Source: a virus (Duplodnaviria > Caudoviricetes). Taken from it: a DNA stretch of 63,723 bases. Shown one piece after another: positions 49,718 to 59,437 of this stretch. The stretch spans positions 1 to 63,723 of the IMG/VR virus record IMGVR_UViG_3300037481_000553; one strand, given 5' to 3'. The position numbers and the translations under genes are program-made. The notes below the pieces were generated by a model that worked only from the letters and a program-made list of their open reading frames with translations, was not told the DNA's origin and did not search any database. Numbering within the stretch: the stretch's first letter is position 1; each line of letters begins with the position of its first letter.

Positions 49718-50269
49718 CTACTGCGGCAGAAAGACTTCGTTGACCCGCCACGTCCCTTCCACCGGGACGGGATCGGCCGTATGCGGAAGCGTGTTGAGGC
49801 GAAGCTGTGGGCGATACACCCCGCCCGCCGCAATCTCCCCAAACGAGATCACGTCGCCGTTCTCGCACAGCAACGACTCGCTCGCCTCGGTCAGCCCCTC
49901 GATGTCGCTGATCCCGGACTGCACATCCCAGTTGTCGTCGCCCGTCTTCACACCGGGAATCCCGTGGTACATCAGCAGATACTCGGGCGCAGTCGGGCTG
50001 AGTGTCGTGACACGAAACTGCGGCTTCAGGTCTTCCGGAAACTCGTCGTCAATCGTCGTCGTGCCCGGTATCCCGTGAATCATCACCACGAGGCTCGTCG
50101 GGAGCTTCGCGCCCATCAGCCAGGGCCAGAACACCGGAGCGGGTGACACGCGCGACTCCTGCGGGATGCCCATCAGGGACGGCCAGTACGCCACCGCTGG
50201 AGACACCACGAGCGTGTGCGTCGGGTACACCGCAACGGTCGCCGGATCTGGAGAAATCTCGTACGCCAT
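49718..50269 (-). CDS. Putative structural protein with internal repeats
   Basis: VSPA..(Y/F)WP.LMG twice, HGIPG twice; LLCENGD; C-terminal GTWRVNEVFLPQ. Confidence 0.6.
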   Translation of the reverse strand: MAYEISPDPATVAVYPTHTLVVSPAVAYWPSLMGIPQESRVSPAPVFWPWLMGAKLPTSLVVMIHGIPGTTTIDDEFPEDLKPQFRVTTLSPTAPEYLLMYHGIPGVKTGDDNWDVQSGISDIEGLTEASESLLCENGDVISFGEIAAGGVYRPQLRLNTLPHTADPVPVEGTWRVNEVFLPQ

Positions 50270-51133
50270 TCAGTCCGTTCGCATCAACATCGCAAGGGTA
50301 AGCGCTGCTGAATAGCAGTAGATGGCGAATCCCGCAGTCGGGAGCGGGATGTACGTCCGAGCCGAGCCGAGTATCGTGATCGTCAGTGGCACGCCGACCG
50401 TGATGTTACCGACAAACATCCCCACGCAGTTGATCATCGGATTCAAGAACGGACCCGCGGCCGGGAAGATCGGGAACACCATCGTCTGAGTGCCCGTGGA
50501 CCCATGCCCAACACTGGGCGCAAGGCACGCGGCGTAACTGGCGCGGTAGTCCAATTCTCCCCCCGCGTAGGTCAACAAGCTATACGTATTGCCAATGTTC
50601 CCACGTTTTGAGAAAAAGAATACACCTTGTGCCGTGTCGCCACCCGCTGCGTTGTGCGTTCGCTCAATGGAAAACAGATCACAACTTGTCAATACATCCG
50701 TGTGGACATTGCTTGCGAAGCACAAACGATTCGTCGACCCGCTGATGCGCACCAAACTACTCGCAGTGAGCGCGGCGGTCGTCGTGAAAGTACCCGCGAA
50801 CGACGTGTACCCCGTCAACGTCCCTGCGCCATCCGTTGCGAATCCCACTTGCACAATGTAACGAAGCGAGGTGATGGCCCCGCATCCCCATATGATCTTG
50901 ATGAGCACCGGAGCCGTCGCTTGCAGCGCGTCTGCAAACCGAAAGACCTCATACCCGGCCGAAGTGTTTGCGATTGGACGCGCCACCGTCGCCCAGTCGA
51001 TCTGTCCCGAATCCTCTCCTGCCGTCCGCCGCACGAGACCCATCGACACGATGGCATCCGACTGCAACTTTCCGGCAGCGCGGAACGTCGCATCGTCGCT
51101 GATGACGCCGGTTGAGAACAGAGTCCCAGCCAT
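50270..51133 (-). CDS. Putative virion protein, paralog A
   Basis: Similar to 51137..52012 (SGQIDWA, GYE, DGAG.LTG, SIERTH). Confidence 0.7.
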   Translation of the reverse strand: MAGTLFSTGVISDDATFRAAGKLQSDAIVSMGLVRRTAGEDSGQIDWATVARPIANTSAGYEVFRFADALQATAPVLIKIIWGCGAITSLRYIVQVGFATDGAGTLTGYTSFAGTFTTTAALTASSLVRISGSTNRLCFASNVHTDVLTSCDLFSIERTHNAAGGDTAQGVFFFSKRGNIGNTYSLLTYAGGELDYRASYAACLAPSVGHGSTGTQTMVFPIFPAAGPFLNPMINCVGMFVGNITVGVPLTITILGSARTYIPLPTAGFAIYCYSAALTLAMLMRTD

Positions 51134-51136
51134 ACG

Positions 51137-52012
51137 CTACTCGTCTCGCACGAGGTAACAGGTCGCCGCCACAGACCCGCGCACGCCCGACGGTGTCGAG
51201 GTGTTGTTCAGCGGCATGAAGGCTTTCGTCGCGCCGTAGTACGTGAACGAGATCTGCGTACCCGGCGTCACGTTCGCCTGGAACGCGATGAGGACATTCG
51301 CCAACGGATTCAAGTACACGCCCTTCGTCGGGAAGATGGGATACAGCGCGACGGCCGCACCAGACGCGCCCGTGCCCACCGACGGTAGCAACGCGGGCAG
51401 CAGCGTCTCGGTGGACACCACACCCGTGCCATAGAGATACACGATGAGTGAGAGGCTCCCTGAGGCGTACCCCGTGAGCAGCGTGAACCCCTCGTTGGTG
51501 TCCGCGCCAGCCGCATCATGCGTCCGCTCAAGCGAGAAGTACATCGAGTACGTGGTTGCGGCCGCATCCGTCCACATCCACACCGCCACGCGATTCGTGC
51601 TGGCCGTCACTCGGCACACCCATGTAGCCGTCGCACTGGAGCCACCACACGTCAGCATCCGGCGTGTCGTGGTGACGCCCGTCAGCGCGCCCGCACCATC
51701 GTGCGCCGTACCCACCGTGACCCAAATCGCCGGAGAAGCGAACGCGGTGCCCCCACCGTATTCCAGCTTCAGGAACATGCTGGTCGCGCCCGTGTGCAAC
51801 GCATCGGAGAACGCCCACATCTCGTAGCCCGAGGCCGTCGCGTTGACGGATGGCATCACCACGGCGGCCCAGTCGATCTGTCCTGATGACGCACCGGCCG
51901 AGAGCTTCGTCATGCCCGCTGCCGTCAGTGCGTCCGAGAGCGCCTTGCCCCACAGTCGGAACAGCGCGTCACTCGACTGTTTCGGTGCCTGTGCGAATGT
52001 CACCAGAGCCAT
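51137..52012 (-). CDS. Putative virion protein, paralog B
   Basis: Similar to 50270..51133. Confidence 0.7.
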   Translation of the reverse strand: MALVTFAQAPKQSSDALFRLWGKALSDALTAAGMTKLSAGASSGQIDWAAVVMPSVNATASGYEMWAFSDALHTGATSMFLKLEYGGGTAFASPAIWVTVGTAHDGAGALTGVTTTRRMLTCGGSSATATWVCRVTASTNRVAVWMWTDAAATTYSMYFSLERTHDAAGADTNEGFTLLTGYASGSLSLIVYLYGTGVVSTETLLPALLPSVGTGASGAAVALYPIFPTKGVYLNPLANVLIAFQANVTPGTQISFTYYGATKAFMPLNNTSTPSGVRGSVAATCYLVRDE

Positions 52013-52013
52013 G

Positions 52014-54899
52014 TCATGCCACCTGTGCTACGTGAAGATAGGTCCGATACGCGCCGCCGTAGACCGCAATGGTGAAGCCGACTTTCTTGTACCCTCTGAG
52101 TTCGAGGTAGTCTCCGACAGCCAGCGTGAGAATCGTTGTCAAGTTCGACGGAGCCACCGTTTGACCGCCAGCGATGTAGGTCCACGCATCAGCGCACTCG
52201 GCCACGAGCGAGCCGTTCTTGTACACCCGCGTGTAGTACTCGCCACCGATAGCCTGCTGACCTCCCCACCCGATACCCGCTGACACCACGTACACACCTG
52301 CGTACCCAGCGGGAATCGTGACGCGCTTCGGATTCACTCCGTTATCGTGCATCCCATACGCATCCCACTCCTCCGCGTCGAACTCCACCTGCAACTCGGT
52401 GCTGTCGTTCGCCACCGTGTCAGACGAGAGATAGACCGCGCACGTCGCCCGTGTCAGTGGCGACGAGGACCACTCCATCTTGCGCGAGATGCCCGTGTTC
52501 GCCGTCAGGACTTGACCCGAGGCGGTCGGAGCCGGAACCACGCTCATGCCAAGCGACACGTCGCCCGCGAACAGTTCACCGTCGGCAATCGCGCTACGCC
52601 CCGTCCCGCCGTGCAGGACGGCGAGCGGGACTTCCGGCATGCCCTGTGATGCTGCGGCTGCATTCGCACCAGCCGCGATGTAGACTGTCCCATCGTAATA
52701 GAACGCAATAAGAGACAACGCATCGATGGCCGTGTCGATGACACCAGCGATCCCGCCGCTCCACACGACTGATGCTGGCCATGCGACCGTACGACCTCCC
52801 GATGCGTCTTGCTTGAACCGCAGTACGTATCGCGCACCGGCCTTCGGGTTGACGAATGTCAATTCGACGTCGTCTGTGAGGCGAAGAATCTGCTCGTTCC
52901 CATCCTGCCAGTCGATCTCTTTCGCAGCACCCGAATCGCCCGCGTCGTACTGGACGATGTACGCGTGCCCGGCGATCTTGAGTGCGCTGCCGGCTTCGAC
53001 CGCCACACCTGCACCGAGCGCATCCCACTGCCCGCCGTCTCGAAGCGCCGTCAGGTGGTAATACTCGTCGGGTGCTCCACCTTGCAGGCCAGCGAGGTGA
53101 TTGTGGTCCGCGAGGATCGACGCCACCGCCGTCGTGACGATCGACACGTCAAGATGCTTGGGCGTTGCGGCGAGTCGGCACTTACCCTTGGTGTTATAGG
53201 CGTTGCTCGTTGCCCATGTGAACTGCCACGCCAGTACGAACTCAGCGATGCCCAATCCAGCCCACGAGAAATCGGATGCCACTTCCGCTTGCGCAGTCGC
53301 CAGCGAGGAGAATTCTGCGCGTCCGTGGACGATCAGGAACCCCGCTTCTCCCGAGAGGTTCGTGTAGAGCAAGTACGTATTGTAGTACTTGTTCGCTTGT
53401 CCCTGCGTCATCGTCCCACTGGCGTCGTACTGGATGTACCCTGCATTCGTCCAGCGGTAGGGCATCGCCAGCTTTTCCCACAGCCATGTGGACGCGGCCG
53501 AGCGGTAGAAGATCCAGTAGTTCGCCGTCGCACCGTCGCCATCGGCCAGCAGAGCGACCGTGTGCGAGAGGTCTTCGTCCAGCAGCAGACACACGTCGAG
53601 GCTGAAGGTGTTCTCGTCGTCAACCGGACTCACGGGTGCGACGGAGTACTCGTCTGGTGTGCCACCGTAGATGTGCTTCGTGCCTTCGGAAGTATGCTCG
53701 TAGTAGTGCATCTTCCGGTCGATGAGACAGGTGTGCCGCTCGTCGGCCATCCAGAACGTCGGCGTGTACGCGCCGTGGAAGATAATCCCAGCGACCGGAA
53801 CCTTGGTGTCGAGCAACGTCCACGCGGGTCCATCCACCAGCGTCCCGACTTCGCTGTCGATGTAGATGTAGTGCACTCCCTCGTCTGGTGGATTCGTGCC
53901 GGCGAGCAACACCGTCTTCGCGCCCGTGATGGTGCAGAGGACACCGTTGCGGAAGTAGCGCCAGGTCGCGCCCACCGAGCCGAGCGTGAAGCGGTAGGTG
54001 CCATCGCCCACGGCCGCACACGCGATGCTCGTCTCCGCATTGTCTACGAAGCCGTAGTGCTTGGTCAGCGCGAAGAACGGGTCGGTCTCAGCACCGCCCG
54101 CAGGGTCAGCCCACTCCGGGTCCGTCGCACCTTGCTTCAGGACCTGGTTTTCCACACCCGACGGGAGCAACTTCCAGAACAGCGTTGATTCTCCGCGGTA
54201 TAGCAGACCACCCTGCTCGCCCACACCAGGCACTTCAGTGTCGGTATGAGTCGCGGAGAGGAGTTCGTGCGGACCACTGGATTCGCCAGACGGCAGGTCG
54301 TCCCACGTGGGTTCTTCTGCGCCCATCGTAAGCACCTGACCTGTGCTGCCTTTCGCGAGGCGGTCCCACGTGGGTGTGATGCCCTTGCCGACGATCAAGT
54401 CGCCGCGCTGCACCGCGGCCGGCGTCGTGTCGGTATGCTCCGCTGAGAGGACGTCGTGCGGACCCGCTCCCCCTGAACCCGTCGCGCCCACCGACGCGAG
54501 CAGTTCCCAAAACGCCGGGTTCGCGGTGGACTGACCCGTTCCTGACGCGAGGCACACGAAGCTAGAGCCGTCGTCTTCGACCACGTCGTAGGGCACGTAA
54601 GCCACGCCTACGTCGTAGGGACCGAGCCACGTGAATCCCTGCCCGGTGGGTCCGGCAGCTCCTGCTGCCCCGGGCGCGCCTGGTGTACCTGGTGTGCCTG
54701 GTGTCCCTGGATCACCTTGGGCACCTTGGACACCTTGTGCGCCAGTCAATCCTCTCGGCCCGGCCGGACCCGCAGGTCCTTGCACGGCGAGGTTCTGCAC
54801 CGTGATCTTCTTGTTCACTCCCGAGGCAACGATCGGCAGCACGTCGGTGCCGGCCGGCGTCACACATTCAGGGAGTGCGGAGATCTTGGTATCAGCCAT
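52014..54899 (-). CDS. Collagen-repeat fibre protein with C1q-like C-terminal domain
   Basis: MADTKISALP; (Gly-X-Y)n at ~aa 41-88; C-terminal FDAEEWD...RVTIP...GVYVV...LAVGDYLEL. Confidence 0.8.
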   Translation of the reverse strand: MADTKISALPECVTPAGTDVLPIVASGVNKKITVQNLAVQGPAGPAGPRGLTGAQGVQGAQGDPGTPGTPGTPGAPGAAGAAGPTGQGFTWLGPYDVGVAYVPYDVVEDDGSSFVCLASGTGQSTANPAFWELLASVGATGSGGAGPHDVLSAEHTDTTPAAVQRGDLIVGKGITPTWDRLAKGSTGQVLTMGAEEPTWDDLPSGESSGPHELLSATHTDTEVPGVGEQGGLLYRGESTLFWKLLPSGVENQVLKQGATDPEWADPAGGAETDPFFALTKHYGFVDNAETSIACAAVGDGTYRFTLGSVGATWRYFRNGVLCTITGAKTVLLAGTNPPDEGVHYIYIDSEVGTLVDGPAWTLLDTKVPVAGIIFHGAYTPTFWMADERHTCLIDRKMHYYEHTSEGTKHIYGGTPDEYSVAPVSPVDDENTFSLDVCLLLDEDLSHTVALLADGDGATANYWIFYRSAASTWLWEKLAMPYRWTNAGYIQYDASGTMTQGQANKYYNTYLLYTNLSGEAGFLIVHGRAEFSSLATAQAEVASDFSWAGLGIAEFVLAWQFTWATSNAYNTKGKCRLAATPKHLDVSIVTTAVASILADHNHLAGLQGGAPDEYYHLTALRDGGQWDALGAGVAVEAGSALKIAGHAYIVQYDAGDSGAAKEIDWQDGNEQILRLTDDVELTFVNPKAGARYVLRFKQDASGGRTVAWPASVVWSGGIAGVIDTAIDALSLIAFYYDGTVYIAAGANAAAASQGMPEVPLAVLHGGTGRSAIADGELFAGDVSLGMSVVPAPTASGQVLTANTGISRKMEWSSSPLTRATCAVYLSSDTVANDSTELQVEFDAEEWDAYGMHDNGVNPKRVTIPAGYAGVYVVSAGIGWGGQQAIGGEYYTRVYKNGSLVAECADAWTYIAGGQTVAPSNLTTILTLAVGDYLELRGYKKVGFTIAVYGGAYRTYLHVAQVA

Positions 54900-54905
54900 G
54901 GCGCG

Positions 54906-55487
54906 CTACACGATATCGAATTCTGCGTGATACGCCGGTTCGAGGTATTCGTCCACGAACCACGAGGGTGGCATCAGATCGTACACGGCATCGGGCACGA
55001 CCTGGGCGAAGATGCCCGTTTCCTTGAACGTCAGCGCCACCGGGCCGGCTTTCACCGACGTGATTCCCTGCACGACGATGTCGTTGTTCAGCGTGGTGTC
55101 TTGCTTGAGAAGCTGACCAGCGAACTCAGCCTGCGCGTCTTTCAGCGCGGAGGGGATGACGTTGCTGGCGATGGCATTCCCATTCTGGTCGACCATGCCC
55201 GTGCGCGGCCAGGCCAACTTCTGCGTCGTCGTCGCGGGCGCGCCACTCCAGGCCTTGCGCACGCGGTAGTACGCGTCTGCTCCCCCGCTCGCGGGCATGA
55301 ACACCCGTGCGGGACGCAACGCCGCGTCGAGTACCCGACACGCCATCACGAGCGCGACGGCTTCCCCGCTGGCGACCCATGGCGGGACGATGGGCAGACG
55401 CGATTCGAAGTACGTGTCTGCTTCGTCGTGCGTGCAGTAGGAATTCGCGTTGGGATCCGCCGGAGTCGCGTTGATCGTGACAGCCAT
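54906..55487 (-). CDS. Head-tail adaptor (DnaT-like family)
   Basis: ANSY.T..EAD.YF, QKLAWPR and IP..LK.AQAE motifs. Confidence 0.8.
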   Translation of the reverse strand: MAVTINATPADPNANSYCTHDEADTYFESRLPIVPPWVASGEAVALVMACRVLDAALRPARVFMPASGGADAYYRVRKAWSGAPATTTQKLAWPRTGMVDQNGNAIASNVIPSALKDAQAEFAGQLLKQDTTLNNDIVVQGITSVKAGPVALTFKETGIFAQVVPDAVYDLMPPSWFVDEYLEPAYHAEFDIV

Positions 55488-55554
55488 GATGCCTCCATAA
55501 TGCGACGCCGGTCTCTCCCGGCCGTCACGCCTGACCTCCGGCGTTCAAGGAAGG

Positions 55555-55983
55555 CTACGCGAAAGCCGGCGTTCCGACAGGGTAGACGCCATGACGGATG
55601 GTGCCATCCGCGAGCGTCAGTTCCACCAGACCGCAGACCGCACCGCGCGGGAGCTGACCCCGAATCTGCCGATCGTCCCATCGCGTGGTCTTGATGAGGA
55701 GATCACCGATCGTCAACGACCCCGGCTTCGTTCCGAAGCCGTCCCCGCGGATGTTGAATGCGCCACCAGGGAACCCCTGTATGGTGACGGAATCGCCCGA
55801 CACTCCGTCCGCAGCCTCCAACCCCGACGCCGGCAACGGCACGACGCGTTCGACCCCATGCAACGTCACCGGCCCATCCGCCATCTGCACTCGCTTGAAC
55901 TTCTCGGCCGTCGAATCCGTCAACGGCTTGACCTTCGGTACTTTCGCGAAAAACGCCGGCTTGCCCTTTCCAGCTGGCTTCAT
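55555..55983 (-). CDS. Small protein with IPT/TIG-like C-terminal domain
   Basis: FNIRGDGFG..PG.LTIG...W.D.QI...LP. Confidence 0.6.
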   Translation of the reverse strand: MKPAGKGKPAFFAKVPKVKPLTDSTAEKFKRVQMADGPVTLHGVERVVPLPASGLEAADGVSGDSVTIQGFPGGAFNIRGDGFGTKPGSLTIGDLLIKTTRWDDRQIRGQLPRGAVCGLVELTLADGTIRHGVYPVGTPAFA

Positions 55984-56000
55984 AATGTTCCCATCTTCTC

Positions 56001-56038
56001 TGAAGAAGAAGACGACCGTCGCTCCTCCGGTCGTCTCC
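56001..56038 (-). terminator. Hairpin plus pyrimidine tail after the capsid gene
   Basis: Minus strand gagacgaccg-loop-cggtcgtctt then cttcttc. Confidence 0.45.
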
Positions 56039-56066
56039 TCGTTCACGCAACCCGAGCAGAGGAGCG

Positions 56067-57113
56067 CTACGACTTCTGCCCGAGGTAGACGCCCGACTTG
56101 CCATCGTAGTCCGAGCGGAAGCGCGGGACCATGATGGCCATGACCAGCCAGTACAGCGTGAAGCCGTCCAGCGAGGTCCAGGGGATGACCGTCGGCGGCT
56201 GACCGTTGACGATCTCGACGACGTCGCTGGTCATCTGGACGATGACCATCTGCGTGCCGGTCGCCGCATGCGGCATCCGGTCCACGACCTGCACCTTCAG
56301 CGGTCGGCCACCGGCCTGGATCCGCTCGAGACGCTGGCGGATCGTGTCGCTGGTGTTGACCTTGAAGTCGCCTTCGATGACGTTCCCAGCTTCGGTGCTG
56401 AGATACAGGTTGTACGGGCCGTACTTGTTGTCGGCCTGGAGCGCGGTGATGCCCGCGAGGACATCGGTGACCATCGCCGGACCCGTGGTCCCGACGACGT
56501 TCGCCGCGGTCCAGTCGACCGTCAGCGAGCCGGTGTTCGCGTTCGGCGCGTTGAGCAGGCCGGGCGCGTCGTACCCACCGACGACGAGCGCCTGCCCGTC
56601 GAGCGTGGTCGCGCCGTTGATGCACGCGTCCTCGATGGACTCGTTCACCCGACGGGTGGCCTGCTTGATCAGGCTCGTGTCGAGCGGCGTGCCGACCCGC
56701 TGCGACATCTTCAGCGTGCGGATGCCGATGCTGAAGTCGTCGGTCGTGAGGTAGATCGGCAGCCGATGGATCTTGCGATCCGGGAGCTGGTTCTCCCCAC
56801 GCGCGCTGGGCGACATGGTGCGCTGCGCGGTGCCGACCTTGTTGATCTCTTCCCATTCCAGCTGCGTCACCGACAGCGGATCGGGCAGCGAGTAGGAGAG
56901 ACCCGCGGCCATGATGTCGGCTGCGAACTGGAGACGCTCCAGACCGACTTCCACGACCGCCTTGTCCACCATGACCTGCGCCTTGTCACTCAGCGGAGAC
57001 AGCGCGCGAAGGCCAGGGATCGAAAGCTCGCCCGACTGCTCCAGCGACCGGAGCAGTGCTCCGGCGATGGGCGACTTCGGGTTCGCTGCGGAGAAGCGCA
57101 TTCCGTCGAACAT
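56067..57113 (-). CDS. Major capsid protein (HK97 fold, Linocin-M18/encapsulin-like family)
   Basis: LPI...DFSI.IR.L, PLDT, GLLNAPN and YGPYNLY motifs; strongest codon bias; position. Confidence 0.88.
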   Translation of the reverse strand: MFDGMRFSAANPKSPIAGALLRSLEQSGELSIPGLRALSPLSDKAQVMVDKAVVEVGLERLQFAADIMAAGLSYSLPDPLSVTQLEWEEINKVGTAQRTMSPSARGENQLPDRKIHRLPIYLTTDDFSIGIRTLKMSQRVGTPLDTSLIKQATRRVNESIEDACINGATTLDGQALVVGGYDAPGLLNAPNANTGSLTVDWTAANVVGTTGPAMVTDVLAGITALQADNKYGPYNLYLSTEAGNVIEGDFKVNTSDTIRQRLERIQAGGRPLKVQVVDRMPHAATGTQMVIVQMTSDVVEIVNGQPPTVIPWTSLDGFTLYWLVMAIMVPRFRSDYDGKSGVYLGQKS

Positions 57114-57186
57114 TGTGTGTGTCCTTTCTGTCCAAAGTTTCTGGAGAAGAAGACCCGCACGCCGCGGGTCCGCTTCCGTCAGATCC

Positions 57187-57624
57187 CTAGACGACCTCGA
57201 CGCGGATGCGCGTCAGAGCGGTTGCCGTCTTGTTCTCCAACGCCTGGAAGAGCGCGATCCCGGCGTTGAACACCTTCAGGGTGCCGTCCCCTGCGGATTC
57301 CAGCTTGTTGCCGGCGACGATGGTCTGGCCGCTCGCGATGAACATCCAGAACTTCGCGCCGGGTGCGCCGATCTTGACCTCGACGAGGTCGTTCGCGGCG
57401 TAGTCGTCGTCGACGTCCTTGTTGAGCATCGACTGCTCGCACGCGACCGCGCGCACAGCCGCGAGGCTGGCGGCGTCGTGCGCCTTGACGCGGATGACCC
57501 CACCGTTGTTGAACAGCAGGACCAGGTGTCCAGGCGTGATGACCCCGGACGCCGCGTACGTGTTCTCTTCGGTCGCCGGGCCACCGAGGTGGATGGTACC
57601 CGGATCGAGCTGCGTGACTGCCAT
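57187..57624 (-). CDS. Head decoration / capsid cement protein
   Basis: ITPGHLV, I.AGNKLESAGDGTLK; sits between protease and capsid genes. Confidence 0.75.
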   Translation of the reverse strand: MAVTQLDPGTIHLGGPATEENTYAASGVITPGHLVLLFNNGGVIRVKAHDAASLAAVRAVACEQSMLNKDVDDDYAANDLVEVKIGAPGAKFWMFIASGQTIVAGNKLESAGDGTLKVFNAGIALFQALENKTATALTRIRVEVV

Positions 57625-57691
57625 GATTCGTTCTCCTTCTGATGGTCATCCAAGGCACGCCCGCGCGTCGCCTCAGGCCATCGCGTTCTGC

Positions 57692-59434
57692 CTAGTTGAC
57701 GGTTCCCTCGGCCTTCCGACGCGCCTCGAGAGCAGCCGCGTACGGATCCGGAGGGGTGGAGTAGACGTCCGCGGCTCCGGCGTCGCGCACGACACCGCGA
57801 CCGGAGAAGTCCGGCTTCGCGACCTTGACCACGTTCGCGAGACGCCCGAGCGCCTTGAGGTCCATGGCCTGGAGTTCGACTTCGGTGAACTCCTGCTGCG
57901 CGTCCTTGAGGGACGTGACGAGCGCGGTCTTCTCGGCCGCGTCGCTGGCCTTCTTGTCGGCCACGAGCTGACGGATGCTGTCGGGTGCGGTCTTGAGGTA
58001 CTCCTCTTCGGAGACCTCCGCAGCCGCGACCTTCGGCTCCGGTTCCTTCTTGGCGTCCGGCTCCGGCTTCTCTTCCGGCTTGACCTCGGCCACCTTGGGT
58101 GCCGGTGCCGTCACGAGGTCGACGATCGCCTGCTTCGGGTTGGCGGTCATCGCGACCCGCACCTTGTTGAACGCTTCGAGCGCGTCCAGTTCCTGGTCCG
58201 ACAAGGACTCCAGAATCGCCTTGTCCTTGACCACGTTGTGCTCGCACGCGATCAACGCGGCGATACGAGTGGACTTCTCCATGCCTGCTCCTCCTTCGGA
58301 GTGCGCGGCTGCGGCAGCATCGCCACATCCGCAGGGAGGTGCCGCTTCGGCACCTTTCAGTTTCTCGGCACACGCCGCACCGAGTTTGACCATGTGATCA
58401 TGAACCGTCTGGATCATCTCCTGATCTCTCGACGAGTTCCGCTTGCCGGCCAGGTCCTTCAACGTCTGGGCCATGGCCATGTAGGTCGGCGCGTCCTCGC
58501 GATTGCACTTGTACGCGAGCGACATGACCGCCGAGAGAGACCCGATCATCTCCATGCAGTACGACTGGAGCGATTCGAGCCGGGCCGATTCGAGTTCGTC
58601 GGCCGCGTCTTCGTCGTCGGGCATGGTCGGTTCGATCGCATCATCAGCGATCAAGTCGGCCAGCAGCGACTTCGCGGCGTCGTACGCGGGCGTCACCGCG
58701 TCGAGCAGTAACTGCATGGTGCTGTACTGCACGGTCTCCGCGGTGTCGCCATCGGCTGCAGCCTTCGGAGTGCCTCGCGCTCCGCGGAGCAGCGTTCTGA
58801 CGCGTTCACGCATCGTCATGGGTTTCGGGTCCTCCTTCTGCTGCGCTGCGGTACGGGGTGCACCGCATCCCATCTCGTTGGAGCACGCACCGAGCGTGCC
58901 TTCGGGAAGCATGGCCAGATGATCCGGCACGATGGTATGCCAGACCGCCTTGTACGCCTTGCCTCCATGCGTCCCTTCCTTCGCCTCGGCGCTGACGAAC
59001 GCGCCAACCGACACTTCGATCGGCTTGCCTTCCTCGAGACGCGCGATGACGCGTTGCGCATCACCCCCGAGTTCCGTGGCGCGAGCCTTGTCGAGCCAGG
59101 CGTCCATCTTCAGCATGCGACCTTCGGTGCGCGCGTTCGCGATGAAGCCGAATTGATGCGCCTCCAGCACGGTCGGGGAGTTCGCACTGATCTGGCGTGA
59201 GAGCGCATCGACCGGGTGCAAGGGGAGCACGGGCCGTCCGTTCCAGCCTTGCGGCGTCGCGTCAAGTTCGCTCGCCGGCACGAACTCCGGCGATGCCGCG
59301 TTGATCGCGTGAATGACGCCTTCTCGCAACGCGACCACGGGCACGACCATGTGCACGCGACCCATGAAATTGGCCGTCCGGAGTAGTGTGCCTTCCGCGG
59401 CGACCACCAGCCGTCGAATGGTTGGTTCAGACAT
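57692..59434 (-). CDS. Prohead protease-scaffold (DUF2213-like)
   Basis: WNGRPV...HP, IEVSVG, PDHLAMLP..GACS...GCG; helical scaffold-like C-terminus. Confidence 0.82.
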   Translation of the reverse strand: MSEPTIRRLVVAAEGTLLRTANFMGRVHMVVPVVALREGVIHAINAASPEFVPASELDATPQGWNGRPVLPLHPVDALSRQISANSPTVLEAHQFGFIANARTEGRMLKMDAWLDKARATELGGDAQRVIARLEEGKPIEVSVGAFVSAEAKEGTHGGKAYKAVWHTIVPDHLAMLPEGTLGACSNEMGCGAPRTAAQQKEDPKPMTMRERVRTLLRGARGTPKAAADGDTAETVQYSTMQLLLDAVTPAYDAAKSLLADLIADDAIEPTMPDDEDAADELESARLESLQSYCMEMIGSLSAVMSLAYKCNREDAPTYMAMAQTLKDLAGKRNSSRDQEMIQTVHDHMVKLGAACAEKLKGAEAAPPCGCGDAAAAAHSEGGAGMEKSTRIAALIACEHNVVKDKAILESLSDQELDALEAFNKVRVAMTANPKQAIVDLVTAPAPKVAEVKPEEKPEPDAKKEPEPKVAAAEVSEEEYLKTAPDSIRQLVADKKASDAAEKTALVTSLKDAQQEFTEVELQAMDLKALGRLANVVKVAKPDFSGRGVVRDAGAADVYSTPPDPYAAALEARRKAEGTVN

Positions 59435-59437
59435 CGA

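Noticed and set aside
56067-57113. Encapsulin/bacteriocin nanocompartment
   Set aside because: It sits in the canonical protease-decoration-capsid-adaptor order, so it is the major capsid protein.
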